Below, piece after piece: positions 20,307 to 30,201 of a DNA stretch of 64,000 nt. Both the position numbers and the translations under genes were made by a program. How positions within the stretch are numbered: position 1 is the first letter of the stretch; every line of letters begins with the position of its first letter. A model generated the notes under the pieces. That model saw only the letters and a list, made by a program, of their open reading frames with translations, had not been told where the DNA came from and made no database searches. Origin of the DNA: Spirochaetia bacterium (GTDB lineage: Bacteria; Spirochaetota; Spirochaetia; UBA9216); assembly GCA_963677925.2 (NCBI GenBank), contig CAXXYH010000004.1:320001-384000 (forward strand), written 5' to 3'.

Positions 20307-21086
20307 ATGAGACAGTTTGTATTGCCTGATGAATACATCGGGTCCGGACCTATTACGCTGACCGGTGAAGAATACCGTTACCTGACCAGGGTTCTTAGAA
20401 TGGGCCCCGGTCAGATGTTCAACGGTGTAAACCAGGACGGGCGGAAGTTTATTCTCACAATAAATGCTATGGATGAGATCAGCCTCACAGCAGACTGCGT
20501 TGAGGTTGTTGATGAACGCGATGCAAAAGAAGACATGCCGGAAATCATTCTTATTCAGTGTCTTCCCAAGGGAAAGAAGCTCGAAATGATAATACGACAG
20601 GCTGTAGAAGCAGGGGTAGGGATGGTGATTCCCGTACAGAGCGAATACAGCGTACCGGTGATAAAGGAAGACCGCTCCGCCTTTAAAAATGAAAGACTTA
20701 AAAAGATTGCCGTTGAAGCTGCTCAGCAGAGCGGCAATAAGGGTGTTCCTACAATACTTTCACCGGTCAAGATGAAAGAACTTCCTGAACTGCTTCAGAA
20801 ACTTGGAAAAAATTCCGGACAGAAACTTTTTTTTCATCAGGAACCGCTGGCAAACTGGTCTCTTCACAGGTATCTAATCGCAGATACTGAATCTGTTATT
20901 ATTTTTATAGGTCCAGAAGGCGGCTTTTCAGAAAAAGAAACAGATTTTCTGCTTGCATCCGGATTCTATCCGGTATATCTTGGTGACAATATTCTGAGAA
21001 CTGAAACAGCTGCGATATACGCGCTCGGAGCAGTAAAAACAATACTGCTGGAGAGGAAAGAGTGGAAAGCATACTGCCTGGAATAA
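20307..21086 (+). CDS. rsmE: 16S rRNA m3U1498 methyltransferase
   Basis: IGPEGGFS and LGDNILRTETA motifs. Confidence 0.95.
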   Translation: MRQFVLPDEYIGSGPITLTGEEYRYLTRVLRMGPGQMFNGVNQDGRKFILTINAMDEISLTADCVEVVDERDAKEDMPEIILIQCLPKGKKLEMIIRQAVEAGVGMVIPVQSEYSVPVIKEDRSAFKNERLKKIAVEAAQQSGNKGVPTILSPVKMKELPELLQKLGKNSGQKLFFHQEPLANWSLHRYLIADTESVIIFIGPEGGFSEKETDFLLASGFYPVYLGDNILRTETAAIYALGAVKTILLERKEWKAYCLE

Positions 21087-21814
21087 AAAGAATCGACTTT
21101 CTTAAAGTACCTGTAGATATAATTCCTGCCGAGGATCTTGAGGAAGTTTTTAAACATCTTGCGGATAATGGAGAGAAAAATCAGATTGTACTGATAAATT
21201 TTTTCGATCTGATGAGAGCAAGACGCAATAAGGAATACATGAAAACGCTGAACGAAGCGGCTCTTGTAATTCCGACTGCAAAATCGATAATCAGCGGAAT
21301 AAATTTTTTAAAAAAAGGTCAGGCCTTCAGATACAGGCCCTTTGATTTTGTAATCAAGGCTCTGGGTGTCATGGAAATCCAGAAAAAATCATTATACCTG
21401 ATCGGCGGAAAAACTCATTCACTCCAGACAGTCTTCAGCAATATGAAAATATCATTCCCGGGTTTAAATATTGTCGGAAGATATTCAGGCTACTATTCTG
21501 CAGCGATGGAAGAAAATATTCTCGTTGCTATCAAAAAGGCATCACCAACCTTTCTGCTTGCCGGAGACGGCCTTAAGGGTAAGGATCGCTGGCTTAATCG
21601 TCATAGAGACAGTTTCAACCCCGGAATTTTTCTGTGGTGCTCGGAGTGCTATGCTATTTTCAGCGGAAAAAAGGCCAAAGGTTCAAAGAAAAGCTGGGAA
21701 AACGGAACTGAAGTAATTTCTGAAGTACTTAGAAACCCTCTGAAAATTTTCAGAGTATTCATACGGCTTTACTACCTTATACTTTTAGTTATCTACAGAC
21801 TTTCTTCTAAATAG
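21062..21814 (+). CDS. WecB/TagA/CpsF-family glycosyltransferase (divergent)
   Basis: LYLIGG, FPGLNIVG..SGY, overall TagA layout; canonical DG motif not seen. Confidence 0.7.
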   Translation: MESILPGIKRIDFLKVPVDIIPAEDLEEVFKHLADNGEKNQIVLINFFDLMRARRNKEYMKTLNEAALVIPTAKSIISGINFLKKGQAFRYRPFDFVIKALGVMEIQKKSLYLIGGKTHSLQTVFSNMKISFPGLNIVGRYSGYYSAAMEENILVAIKKASPTFLLAGDGLKGKDRWLNRHRDSFNPGIFLWCSECYAIFSGKKAKGSKKSWENGTEVISEVLRNPLKIFRVFIRLYYLILLVIYRLSSK

Positions 21815-21822
21815 AAATTTTC

Positions 21823-22269
21823 CTACTCATACAGACGCATGTATTCATAGGCTTCACGAAGTCTGGGTTCCATATTCCTTGTTATAATACGGCCGGCTAA
21901 GGATCTGATAACTGGAAAAAAGCTCAGAGCACCAATCAGATCGGTAATAAACCCAGGGCAGAGCAGCATTATACCTCCGAAAAGAGCTCCGGCAAGGGAA
22001 AGCATTTCTCTCCCAGGATACAAACCCTCTGCTGATTTTATCTTAATATGCTTTACAATTCCCCGGATATCACGGTATGCAAGAAAAAGACCTGCCAGTC
22101 CGGTTAATGCAGCAACGGCGAGGGTAAAATAAATGCCAAGAAATTCTCCAAGAAACTGAATTAGCATTATTTCAGCAAGCGGGATTATCGATATCAGTAG
22201 AAGCATAAATGCCGATTTCAAAATAAAACCGGTATCCAGCATTTTAAGCAGGAATCTTGTATTTAACAT
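21823..22269 (-). CDS. fxsA: FxsA family membrane protein
   Basis: PLAEI, GGIMLLCPGFITDLIG. Confidence 0.88.
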   Translation of the reverse strand: MLNTRFLLKMLDTGFILKSAFMLLLISIIPLAEIMLIQFLGEFLGIYFTLAVAALTGLAGLFLAYRDIRGIVKHIKIKSAEGLYPGREMLSLAGALFGGIMLLCPGFITDLIGALSFFPVIRSLAGRIITRNMEPRLREAYEYMRLYE

Positions 22270-22316
22270 AGGAAAAAAGATACCACAGCGTCAGAACTTG
22301 GGCAAGCAGGTGCAGA

Positions 22317-22970
22317 TTAATGAGCTTTCATATGAGAAGAAGCGGGAATACACCACCCTGAATGAGTAGAGGTAAGTATCAAATCTTCAGTTTTACAATA
22401 ATCACTGAGTTTGGAACGAAGCCTTGAAACCGCCATATCAGCAGCTCTTGAGCCGGAAACACGGGTATTTAAGGCAGAGTTAAGCAGCTCCCGGTTTAAA
22501 TAAGTTCCCCGATACATCAAAAGCATCCTCAATACTGTTCGTTCACTTTTACTTAGAAATATCCGGCAGGACTGCCTGCGTTCGGGATTATTCAGATGAA
22601 GAAATCCTGATGTCTTAAGATCCAAATCCCAGCCGGTAAACTGAAGTTTTTCTCTTTCCAGAAGTTTACCGCATCTGGCTGTAAGTTCTTCAGGAGTCCA
22701 GGGCTCACATAAATAATCAGCCGCCCCTGCAGACAACGCGGCACTAATATATTCATGCGGACCATAAAGGATAACCGGATTTAAGACTGCAAAAGACTCC
22801 GGTAAAGTCGTAAAGACAGATGTATTTAGAATGTAGACAGAATATTTTTTCTTAAGATCGGGTTTTCCAGTAAAAAAAAACTGTATACCCGGAAAGCTCC
22901 GAATATACAGTTCAATATTAGTCTTTGTTATTACGCTGCAGCCGGAAATATTAATCCTTGCAGCATCCAA
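22317..22970 (-). CDS. OmpR-type winged-helix regulator with degenerate receiver
   Basis: ALSAGAADYL.EPW...EL.AR and SRAADMAVSRLRSKL; no clear phospho-Asp. Confidence 0.7.
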   Translation of the reverse strand: MDAARINISGCSVITKTNIELYIRSFPGIQFFFTGKPDLKKKYSVYILNTSVFTTLPESFAVLNPVILYGPHEYISAALSAGAADYLCEPWTPEELTARCGKLLEREKLQFTGWDLDLKTSGFLHLNNPERRQSCRIFLSKSERTVLRMLLMYRGTYLNRELLNSALNTRVSGSRAADMAVSRLRSKLSDYCKTEDLILTSTHSGWCIPASSHMKAH

Positions 22971-22976
22971 AACGAA

Positions 22977-23528
22977 TTAACCCAGAAAAACCTGTCCGGA
23001 ATTATCGATCGCAAGGATGGTTCTGCATTCAGAACATCTGAACCGCCCGGCTCTGGTTGCCCGAAGTCTTCTGGAACATATAGGGCACTGAAAAATCTTC
23101 GGAAATACATCAGAATTTCTGGTACCGCCGTTTGCACCGAAAAAGTCGACAGCTTCATTAAGATTATCTTTGATGTTAAAAAACTGTGAAAACCCTAAAA
23201 GCTGGAATACTTCATAAACCTTTGGCTGAATCTCAAGCAGAACGAGGTCACCGCCTCTCGGCCTTACGGCCTTCAGAAATGCAGTAAAAGAACCTATACC
23301 TGTACTTGAAACGTAGTTAAGCCCGCTGCAGTTAAAGATAAGCTTTGTAAAACCGGCTTCAATGGCCTTCGTAACTCTCTTCTGAAAGAAGTTCGAGTTA
23401 TAAGTGTCGATATATCCTGTCAGAAAAAGAACAAGACATCCTTCAACACCTTCGACACTCTGAAGTTTAATTCGGAGACTGTCATCTTTTTCTTCATCAA
23501 ATCCGGTTACTATATCATTATTACTCAT
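22977..23528 (-). CDS. STAS anti-anti-sigma factor with C-terminal zinc ribbon
   Basis: GYIDTYN, YVSSTGIG, VFQLLGF; CPIC...CSEC. Confidence 0.88.
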   Translation of the reverse strand: MSNNDIVTGFDEEKDDSLRIKLQSVEGVEGCLVLFLTGYIDTYNSNFFQKRVTKAIEAGFTKLIFNCSGLNYVSSTGIGSFTAFLKAVRPRGGDLVLLEIQPKVYEVFQLLGFSQFFNIKDNLNEAVDFFGANGGTRNSDVFPKIFQCPICSRRLRATRAGRFRCSECRTILAIDNSGQVFLG

Positions 23529-23645
23529 TGTTCCTCAACCCGTGTATAATTTTATCAGTCAAATCATAGTTTTTCAATACGATATTAAATTTATACTATA
23601 TGATCGGATAGTTTTTCAAGAAATTTATAATTTATTTTTAATTTC

Positions 23646-23674
23646 TTGACCGATATGCCTTTAAATTTTAAAAT
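23646..23674 (+). promoter_or_regulatory. Sigma70-type promoter
   Basis: TTGACC-17-TAAAAT ending 7 nt before ATG 23682. Confidence 0.75.
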
Positions 23675-23681
23675 TATGGTA

Positions 23682-24158
23682 ATGAAAAAGCAAGCAATAA
23701 AAATATCAGCAGTATTTTTCATCTTCATGGTTTTGACATGTTTTACGGTTGCGGCCGATCCTGCCGTCAATATGGCAGATCTTTCGATAACTATCAAGAC
23801 CCTTGCAGATGCCGTGAAAGCTGGCAGCCCTCCTGAACCCGGAACACAGGTAATCCTGAACGGAACAGCAATATCAAGGCTGGTTATAGAACCCGATCCT
23901 GCTAATTTCACCGGGCAGATTATTCTGGCAAACGGCAGCTGGGTTAACTCAAATCAGGTTGTGATGAATAAATGCATAGTTCTGCTTTCAGGAGCCAAAT
24001 TTTCAAAAACAATTCCTGTAAGACGTTCCAGAACAGTTGATCCTGAAGAAATTGTATTAAATTCAGAAATACTGATAACCGGATATTTTGCAGGCTCTGC
24101 CGAGACAGAGGAAGGCCTCCTTCCGGTTGTTGTGGCTACCGGCATTCGAAAACTGTAA
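23682..24158 (+). CDS. Hypothetical secreted protein (possible OB fold)
   Basis: Signal peptide MKKQAIKISAVFF...VAA; start placed by promoter position. Confidence 0.6.
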   Translation: MKKQAIKISAVFFIFMVLTCFTVAADPAVNMADLSITIKTLADAVKAGSPPEPGTQVILNGTAISRLVIEPDPANFTGQIILANGSWVNSNQVVMNKCIVLLSGAKFSKTIPVRRSRTVDPEEIVLNSEILITGYFAGSAETEEGLLPVVVATGIRKL

Positions 24159-24164
24159 TAACTC

Positions 24165-25304
24165 TCAGAAAATAATATCTGCCGCTGAAATCTTTTCTTT
24201 TTCAGCGGAACAGGCACTCCTTAAAATAACGTTATATAGTTCTCTGATATTCCCGGGCCAGTCGTAATTAAAGAGAACTTCATATCCGCTGTCGCTCATT
24301 ATTACGTTTAACTGCAGATCATCACTGATTTCGGACAGAAAACATTCAACCAGATCCGGAATATCCTCAATTCGGTCGCGCAGCGGAGGAATATGCAGAA
24401 TCAGAACCTTTATTCGATGGAGAAGGTCTAGCCGGAAATTACCCTTTTTAACTTCCTCATCAAGATTTCTGTTAGTTGCACATATAAGTCTTACGTCAAC
24501 AGGAATCTCATTGTTTCCGCCGATACGTTTAATGGTTTTTGTTTCAAGGGTTCTTAAAAATTCAACCTGCAGGGAGACATCAAGTTCTCCTATTTCATCA
24601 AGGAAGAGGCTGCCTTTATTCGCATGCTCAAAACAACCCTTTCTTTTAACAGCTCCTGTGAATGCCCCCGGTTCGGATCCGAAAAGTTCTGTTCCGCAGA
24701 TTCCTGAAGGAATGGCGCCGGCATTCAATGCATGGAATTTTTTTCTCGCTCTTAGGGAGTAATCATGAATCAGCCCTGCCACCAGTTCTTTTCCGGTACC
24801 GCTTTCACCTGTTATCAGAACCGGAGCGGGAAATTTTGCGAGTTTCATAATATCAAGTTTTAATTTCTTAATTGCCTGAGATTTTCCGGTAAGACGGTCG
24901 ATCTTCTTACCGGAAGAGTTCAGAATTTCATACCTTCCGCTGCACAGAACCCCGCCAAGGATTAACCTGAAGGTTTCCTGCAGTCGCTCCAGATCATCAG
25001 GAATAATCAAATAATCAAGAACACCCTCTTTAAGCAGTTTTACTCCTGCTTTAGTATCAGGATTTCTTGTGAGACAGACAATAGGCGGCTGAGCAAAATA
25101 TCTGCTTGTTTTTCTAATAATCTTTATACAGCTGTGGACATCAACAATGGTCCCGGCCGCGATTAAATCAAACTCACCGTCATCAATCATTTCCAGGGCT
25201 TCCTGAAAAGATCTCACGGTTGTTACTATAAAATCCGCCGGAATAAAAGTCTGGAACAGCACACTGTCATTAAGATTACTCTCAATGTGTAATACTCTAA
25301 TCAT
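24165..25304 (-). CDS. Sigma54-dependent enhancer-binding protein (pseudo-REC + AAA+, no HTH)
   Basis: GESGTGKE, GAFTGA, LFLDEIGE, ATNRNL, WPGNIREL; ends 22 aa after that motif. Confidence 0.9.
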   Translation of the reverse strand: MIRVLHIESNLNDSVLFQTFIPADFIVTTVRSFQEALEMIDDGEFDLIAAGTIVDVHSCIKIIRKTSRYFAQPPIVCLTRNPDTKAGVKLLKEGVLDYLIIPDDLERLQETFRLILGGVLCSGRYEILNSSGKKIDRLTGKSQAIKKLKLDIMKLAKFPAPVLITGESGTGKELVAGLIHDYSLRARKKFHALNAGAIPSGICGTELFGSEPGAFTGAVKRKGCFEHANKGSLFLDEIGELDVSLQVEFLRTLETKTIKRIGGNNEIPVDVRLICATNRNLDEEVKKGNFRLDLLHRIKVLILHIPPLRDRIEDIPDLVECFLSEISDDLQLNVIMSDSGYEVLFNYDWPGNIRELYNVILRSACSAEKEKISAADIIF

Positions 25305-25412
25305 TTTAAATACAGTTTTTATAATTTAATATTATTTTATGCGTAGTATTCTAAATTGAAAATATTAATCCTGCAAGGATTTTCATAATCCAGGCATACC
25401 ACTTTGATGGTA

Positions 25413-25742
25413 TTAGTTCAATTTCACAGCAGTTCCGTAAATCAGGAACTCTGCAGCCCCCTGCATCATGCTGGTAGTTGCAAATTTCAAACCGACTATA
25501 GCATCTGCACCCAAAGATTCAGCATCTTCAATCAGCCTGTCTATTGCCTGCTCACGGGACTCTGCCATCATTTTAGTGTAATCTGTAATTTCACCGCCGA
25601 CGATGTTTTTAAATCCAGCCATAATATCTTTGCCCATATGGCGGGCTCGGATAGTATTTCCACGGACAAGCCCGAAAACCTTTACAATTTCTCTTCCGGG
25701 AACAGAATCAGTAGTTACAAGAATCATTCCGCTGTCGCTCAT
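25413..25742 (-). CDS. YbjQ (UPF0145) family protein
   Basis: GKDIMAGFKNIVGGEI..Y, LGADAIVG, YGTAV. Confidence 0.92.
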   Translation of the reverse strand: MSDSGMILVTTDSVPGREIVKVFGLVRGNTIRARHMGKDIMAGFKNIVGGEITDYTKMMAESREQAIDRLIEDAESLGADAIVGLKFATTSMMQGAAEFLIYGTAVKLN

Positions 25743-26173
25743 TTAATAATCTCCCTGTATTTATCAGTCTTTCTTTCACTAATCCGGTCTGTCAATGCTG
25801 TCAAAAATAAGACTATAACGGAAAACACAGAACCTGCAACCAGTATTTTTATAAAAATTCCTTCCGTGTTATCAGTAAAAAACATAAAAAGAAGGTAGAC
25901 CGCTATTAACAGGTTGAAACCAAGGACCATGAAAAAGCCCAGTCTACCTGAAAATTTGCGCTTTCTGCTTTTATAAAGTTTTTCCAGCCACTCGTCCTGC
26001 GGCGGAGCCGGAGTAAATCCGCTTAACTGTTTTTTCAGCTTAAGCATTGATTTATACTCTTCACGACATATATAACATGATTCTATATGATCTACGACTT
26101 CAGATATTTCACTTTCTTCCAGTTCATTATCTATAAGTGCCTGAGTTTTTAATTTTGCTTCATTACAGTTCAT
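25739..26173 (-). CDS. Zinc-binding (zf-HC2) membrane anti-sigma factor
   Basis: MNC...LIDNEL...HIESCYIC (HxxxCxxC), two TM helices; SD GGAGG before ATG 26173. Confidence 0.85.
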   Translation of the reverse strand: MNCNEAKLKTQALIDNELEESEISEVVDHIESCYICREEYKSMLKLKKQLSGFTPAPPQDEWLEKLYKSRKRKFSGRLGFFMVLGFNLLIAVYLLFMFFTDNTEGIFIKILVAGSVFSVIVLFLTALTDRISERKTDKYREIIK

Positions 26174-26666
26174 ATTCTGCCTCCAGTTTGCTTTTAAGTA
26201 ATTTTCTGGCATTGTAGAGCCTGGACATAACAGTCCCCTTTGGAATATCCAGAATATCTGCTATTTCTTCATAAGAGCATTCATCAAAATGTTTCAGAAT
26301 TATAATTTCACGATGCTGAGGAGGAAGAGACATAACAGCCCTGTATATCTCTCGTTTTGACTCATCTCTAACCGCAGAGTCCTCAACTGAATCACGGCCT
26401 CTGCATAAATCGGGAAATTCCAGACTTGTTTCAGAACCTGATTTTTTTTTGCTTTTATTTATACATAAATTTTTTGTAATTCGGTACAGCCATGGAAAAA
26501 CCGGTCTGGATTGATCAAAATTCTTAAAGTTACGCCATGCTCTGTAAAAAACTTCCTGAGTAATATCAGCTGCATCCTCACGATTAAAAACCATTCTGCA
26601 CGCCGCCGCATAGACTCTCCGGTCATAGGCTCTGAAAATACTAATAAATGCATCTCTGTCGCTCAT
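26163..26666 (-). CDS. ECF sigma factor
   Basis: DAADITQEVF, WLYRITKNLCIN, SYEEIADIL.IPKGTVMSRL. Confidence 0.93.
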   Translation of the reverse strand: MSDRDAFISIFRAYDRRVYAAACRMVFNREDAADITQEVFYRAWRNFKNFDQSRPVFPWLYRITKNLCINKSKKKSGSETSLEFPDLCRGRDSVEDSAVRDESKREIYRAVMSLPPQHREIIILKHFDECSYEEIADILDIPKGTVMSRLYNARKLLKSKLEAEYEL

Positions 26667-26757
26667 ACCTTATTATACACAGATACACACATGGAATATT
26701 CATTTTTTTTCCGGCATTCTTGCAATATGAATACCGGCATGATAAAATTCACTAATC

Positions 26758-27699
26758 ATGAATAAAACTCTGTTACTGCCTTTTAAATTTATTCTAATTT
26801 TCGTTATCAGTATGGCAGTCTTATGCCTTTTTATAATACTTCAGCGCTGGGGGATTAATGCATCTCCTGATATTAACTTTCGTATAAACCTTATTTATTA
26901 CCTTCCCGGAGCGCTGAAAAGCAGTCTTTTTCCCAGCCTATCAACTGCAGTAATTCTTACAGTTTTTGACGACCCAAAGAACAGCGGCAGGTTTTTATCC
27001 ATTATAATAATAGCCGTTTTGTCATTTATTATATTATTTTTCGGGTTTAAAACAATTTCTCTTATTCAGGAATCTTCCGCCGGATACAGTTATCAGCCGC
27101 TTCAGGCCGGTAAATTGCTGAGCACTGAGGACGGAATTATCTATACTTCATCTGTTTCCGACAATGGTTATTCTGGTGTCATAACAAGAAAACCCGGTCC
27201 GCTGAACCTTTTTCAATACTATCAGTCCGGCTATATTAATCCGGAAAATATTGAAAATATCATCCTTGATAACAGCTCTTTTTTTAAGATTGAACCCAGG
27301 AATCCTGAATATAACACTGTTTTTAAATCAAGAGGTCTTTTAAATCAGTACTTTAGCGATATCGAGTTTGTGACTGAATCTATTTATAAAACGGAAAGTA
27401 CAGGCAATAAAGATCTTATATTTATATCTGCAGCTTTCAGCTTATTTTTAGCCGTATGCCTGCTTTTTCTTAATATTACCATCTGGCCGATGTTTAATAT
27501 TATGCTGATTCTGTTTATCCATCGAATGGGATATTATATCTTCAGACTGTTTACATCTGAACTGGATTTTATTACTGACACATTTTTCGGCGGTAACATC
27601 CCTTTTAATCTTCCGCTGATGACAATACTGGCAATAACTGTACTTATTTTGATAGTCGGCGTTTTGTTCAGACCATATAGAAAAAAGAGGGACAACTGA
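26758..27699 (+). CDS. Membrane protein, 3TM-periplasmic domain-3TM (possibly LptF/G-like)
   Basis: Hydrophobic pattern; promoter TTGCAA-17-TAAAAT at 26720-26748. Confidence 0.55.
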   Translation: MNKTLLLPFKFILIFVISMAVLCLFIILQRWGINASPDINFRINLIYYLPGALKSSLFPSLSTAVILTVFDDPKNSGRFLSIIIIAVLSFIILFFGFKTISLIQESSAGYSYQPLQAGKLLSTEDGIIYTSSVSDNGYSGVITRKPGPLNLFQYYQSGYINPENIENIILDNSSFFKIEPRNPEYNTVFKSRGLLNQYFSDIEFVTESIYKTESTGNKDLIFISAAFSLFLAVCLLFLNITIWPMFNIMLILFIHRMGYYIFRLFTSELDFITDTFFGGNIPFNLPLMTILAITVLILIVGVLFRPYRKKRDN

Positions 27700-27700
27700 T

Positions 27701-29419
27701 ATGAAAATGTCGCTTCCTAAACGCTTTCTTATTATCAGTATTGCCTGCTATGCAGCTGCATTTATTCTTTTAATCGGCGTCAGCTTTTTCCAGTTTGCTC
27801 CGAAAGAAATTGATACAAGCTTTCGAACAGTATGGGTTTTCAATAACAGTCTGCTTCTGTTCTTTAATAATCTGATCTCTATACAGGGTCTTGCAGTACT
27901 GCTTACTTTTTCAGTCTTCTACCCCACCGGTGAATACGGAATAAAAGCCCTTACTTTAAAAGCATTTAATCAGACTATTACAATAATTATTGTGATCCTG
28001 CTCTGTTTTACCGCATTATTTTTTACCGGTAATGAAATATTCAAACCCGGAATATATTCAAGACTTGATCTGCTGAAAATACAGACTGAAACCAGCAGAA
28101 CCTACTATGAACAGGCTTTAAAATACCGTGAAGCTGACGAACTTGTAAAAGCAAGGGAGATGATTGAAAGATTTCTAGCTGTAAAACCGGAGGACCCCGC
28201 CGGAGAGGAACTCTATGAAGATATCACCGAAAGGATAAATATACAGTTTGCGGAATCATCAGATGAATATACAGCAAGACCCGGAACAATCGAAACATCT
28301 GAATTGACTTACGAGCAGGCTGTTCTGCTGGCAAGAAATTACCTGAAGAAGGATGATTACTACTCAGCCTACTACTATGCGTCTATTGCTTCAGGCTTAT
28401 CAAACTCTTCAAAAGAAGCAAAAGAACTTTCTGCACAGGCTTGGATTGGCCTTTCTGATGATGCTCCCGACAGAGAAGAAGAAGATGAATACCTCCTTTT
28501 CAGCCGGAAAAAACATGGTGCTGAACTTCTCCTCAGCGGAAGGTCTATCGATGCATATTATCTGTATAAGGAACTTTCAGTTGATTATCCAAACGATCCG
28601 GACGTAAACAAATATTTAAGAGAAAGCCTGTCCGCCGCTGTTAAACTCACATATTTCATAGATGATGCAGCAACTGCACTGAAATTTCCCGGAATAAACG
28701 ATATCTGTTTTATTAATTTAAGTGACGAAACAGAAAAAGAAATTGTTTATATTGAAAAAATGGTCAGGACCGCGGAGGGGATATTCTATAAAGGTATAGA
28801 AGTCCTCGATTTTAAACATGGCACCGGAATTACAGGACACTTCACTGCGCTTTACGGTAAGGCAGTCGGGGATCATATAGTCCTGAACGGTATAGACAGG
28901 GAAAATCCAAATATAAGAGTTTATCCTGAGTACCTGGTAACTGATAAAATGCCGGAGATGTATAACACACTTAAGCTCTACCCCGCGCCCGAGCAGCTTC
29001 GAGGCTTAAGCGCCGATAAGAACATCTATAAGAAGCTGAATCTGCCTGAGCTTCTGGAATTCGAAAAAACGGTCGGCAGCTACGGCTGGAATTCTCAGCA
29101 GATATATTTTGAAATTTTCACACGAATCCTTAATCCCTGCGGTTTTCTGCTATTCTCTTTCTTAATGATCGCACTCGGCTGGAAGTACAGACGGGCACAG
29201 CGGAAATTCCCTCTTGCATCGTTTATACTGCTGCCGATAACAGTTTATATCACCTACCTGGCAGCTGAAACTTATACTTTCACTATAAACACTATCGGAG
29301 CCTTCATGCTGCTTAGGTTCGGCAGCACCTTTTCGATAGCGCTGACGGCGGTCAGCCAGGTTCTTCTGCTTTTAATCACATTCCTGATGATTTCCGGACT
29401 TAACTTAAAGGATGATTAA
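27701..29419 (+). CDS. Membrane protein, 3TM-TPR/periplasmic domain-3TM (possibly LptF/G-like)
   Basis: TPR-like helices (YYEQAL..., AYYLYKEL..YPND) between two TM bundles. Confidence 0.55.
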   Translation: MKMSLPKRFLIISIACYAAAFILLIGVSFFQFAPKEIDTSFRTVWVFNNSLLLFFNNLISIQGLAVLLTFSVFYPTGEYGIKALTLKAFNQTITIIIVILLCFTALFFTGNEIFKPGIYSRLDLLKIQTETSRTYYEQALKYREADELVKAREMIERFLAVKPEDPAGEELYEDITERINIQFAESSDEYTARPGTIETSELTYEQAVLLARNYLKKDDYYSAYYYASIASGLSNSSKEAKELSAQAWIGLSDDAPDREEEDEYLLFSRKKHGAELLLSGRSIDAYYLYKELSVDYPNDPDVNKYLRESLSAAVKLTYFIDDAATALKFPGINDICFINLSDETEKEIVYIEKMVRTAEGIFYKGIEVLDFKHGTGITGHFTALYGKAVGDHIVLNGIDRENPNIRVYPEYLVTDKMPEMYNTLKLYPAPEQLRGLSADKNIYKKLNLPELLEFEKTVGSYGWNSQQIYFEIFTRILNPCGFLLFSFLMIALGWKYRRAQRKFPLASFILLPITVYITYLAAETYTFTINTIGAFMLLRFGSTFSIALTAVSQVLLLLITFLMISGLNLKDD

Positions 29420-30176
29420 CTCTCTGCTTAAAAAGCATATTCTCAAAATTGTGCTGCCTCTAATCGGCCTTATCGCAGGACTGGGAATCTTTGGAATAGT
29501 TTTCGGCCTGATAGCCGGAATCTTTCTGGACAAATTATTATCCGGCCTGATACAGAAAAACCGGATACTGCAGCAGTACAACCGGATAAACCCTGATTCG
29601 GATTATGATGATGAAACCCTGAGACTGTCAGCATCCTATGTATTATGGGCTGTTTACAGCTACAGCGGAATTCCTGATTCAGTCATTCAATACAGCACCA
29701 GGGAAATGTCGGATGGAATATCAATTGATGCAATTCATAATCTCGAAACACTCAAACACAAACTCAACGATGAACAGAGCCTGCAGATTGCTGAATATTT
29801 CGGAACCCACGCAGATAAGGCCCTCAAACGAACGATTGTGGAACATCTGGGAAACGCCGGTTGGGCAAGTGTAATCACAAGAGCCCCTTCGGTAAATAAA
29901 TCAAATATGGTTCTTAAAATAATTCATCTTGCAGGGTTAGGCAAACTGATTCTTGAGAGTCAGAACAGCGACAAAATCGAGGATGACTATCTTATACTCG
30001 GACTATCACCTGATGCGGGCTGTGCTGAGATAAAGAAGGTCTACCACAGATTGGCAACAGAGTTTCATCCTGATAACAGCCACGGACTGACCGAGGCTGA
30101 AACCGAATTGAAAACTAAAGCTTTTATAAGGATAAAAGAAGCCTGTGACAGGCTTCTTGAAATATGCGAAGATTAG
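29412..30176 (+). CDS. DjlA-like membrane-anchored J-domain co-chaperone
   Basis: Gly-rich N-terminal TM; C-terminal DYLILGL..EIKKVYHRLA.EFHPD. Confidence 0.8.
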   Translation: MINSLLKKHILKIVLPLIGLIAGLGIFGIVFGLIAGIFLDKLLSGLIQKNRILQQYNRINPDSDYDDETLRLSASYVLWAVYSYSGIPDSVIQYSTREMSDGISIDAIHNLETLKHKLNDEQSLQIAEYFGTHADKALKRTIVEHLGNAGWASVITRAPSVNKSNMVLKIIHLAGLGKLILESQNSDKIEDDYLILGLSPDAGCAEIKKVYHRLATEFHPDNSHGLTEAETELKTKAFIRIKEACDRLLEICED

Positions 30177-30201
30177 CTGAGGCTTAATTTTCTTTAAACG
30201 G

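Noticed and set aside
21823-22269. fxsA as a phage-defence system
   Set aside because: Widespread housekeeping-context membrane gene with no defence neighbours here.
26720-26737. CGGTATTCATATTGCA as a sigma54 promoter for the ECF gene
   Set aside because: Weak -24 box, and the same bases fit a good sigma70 promoter for the divergent gene.
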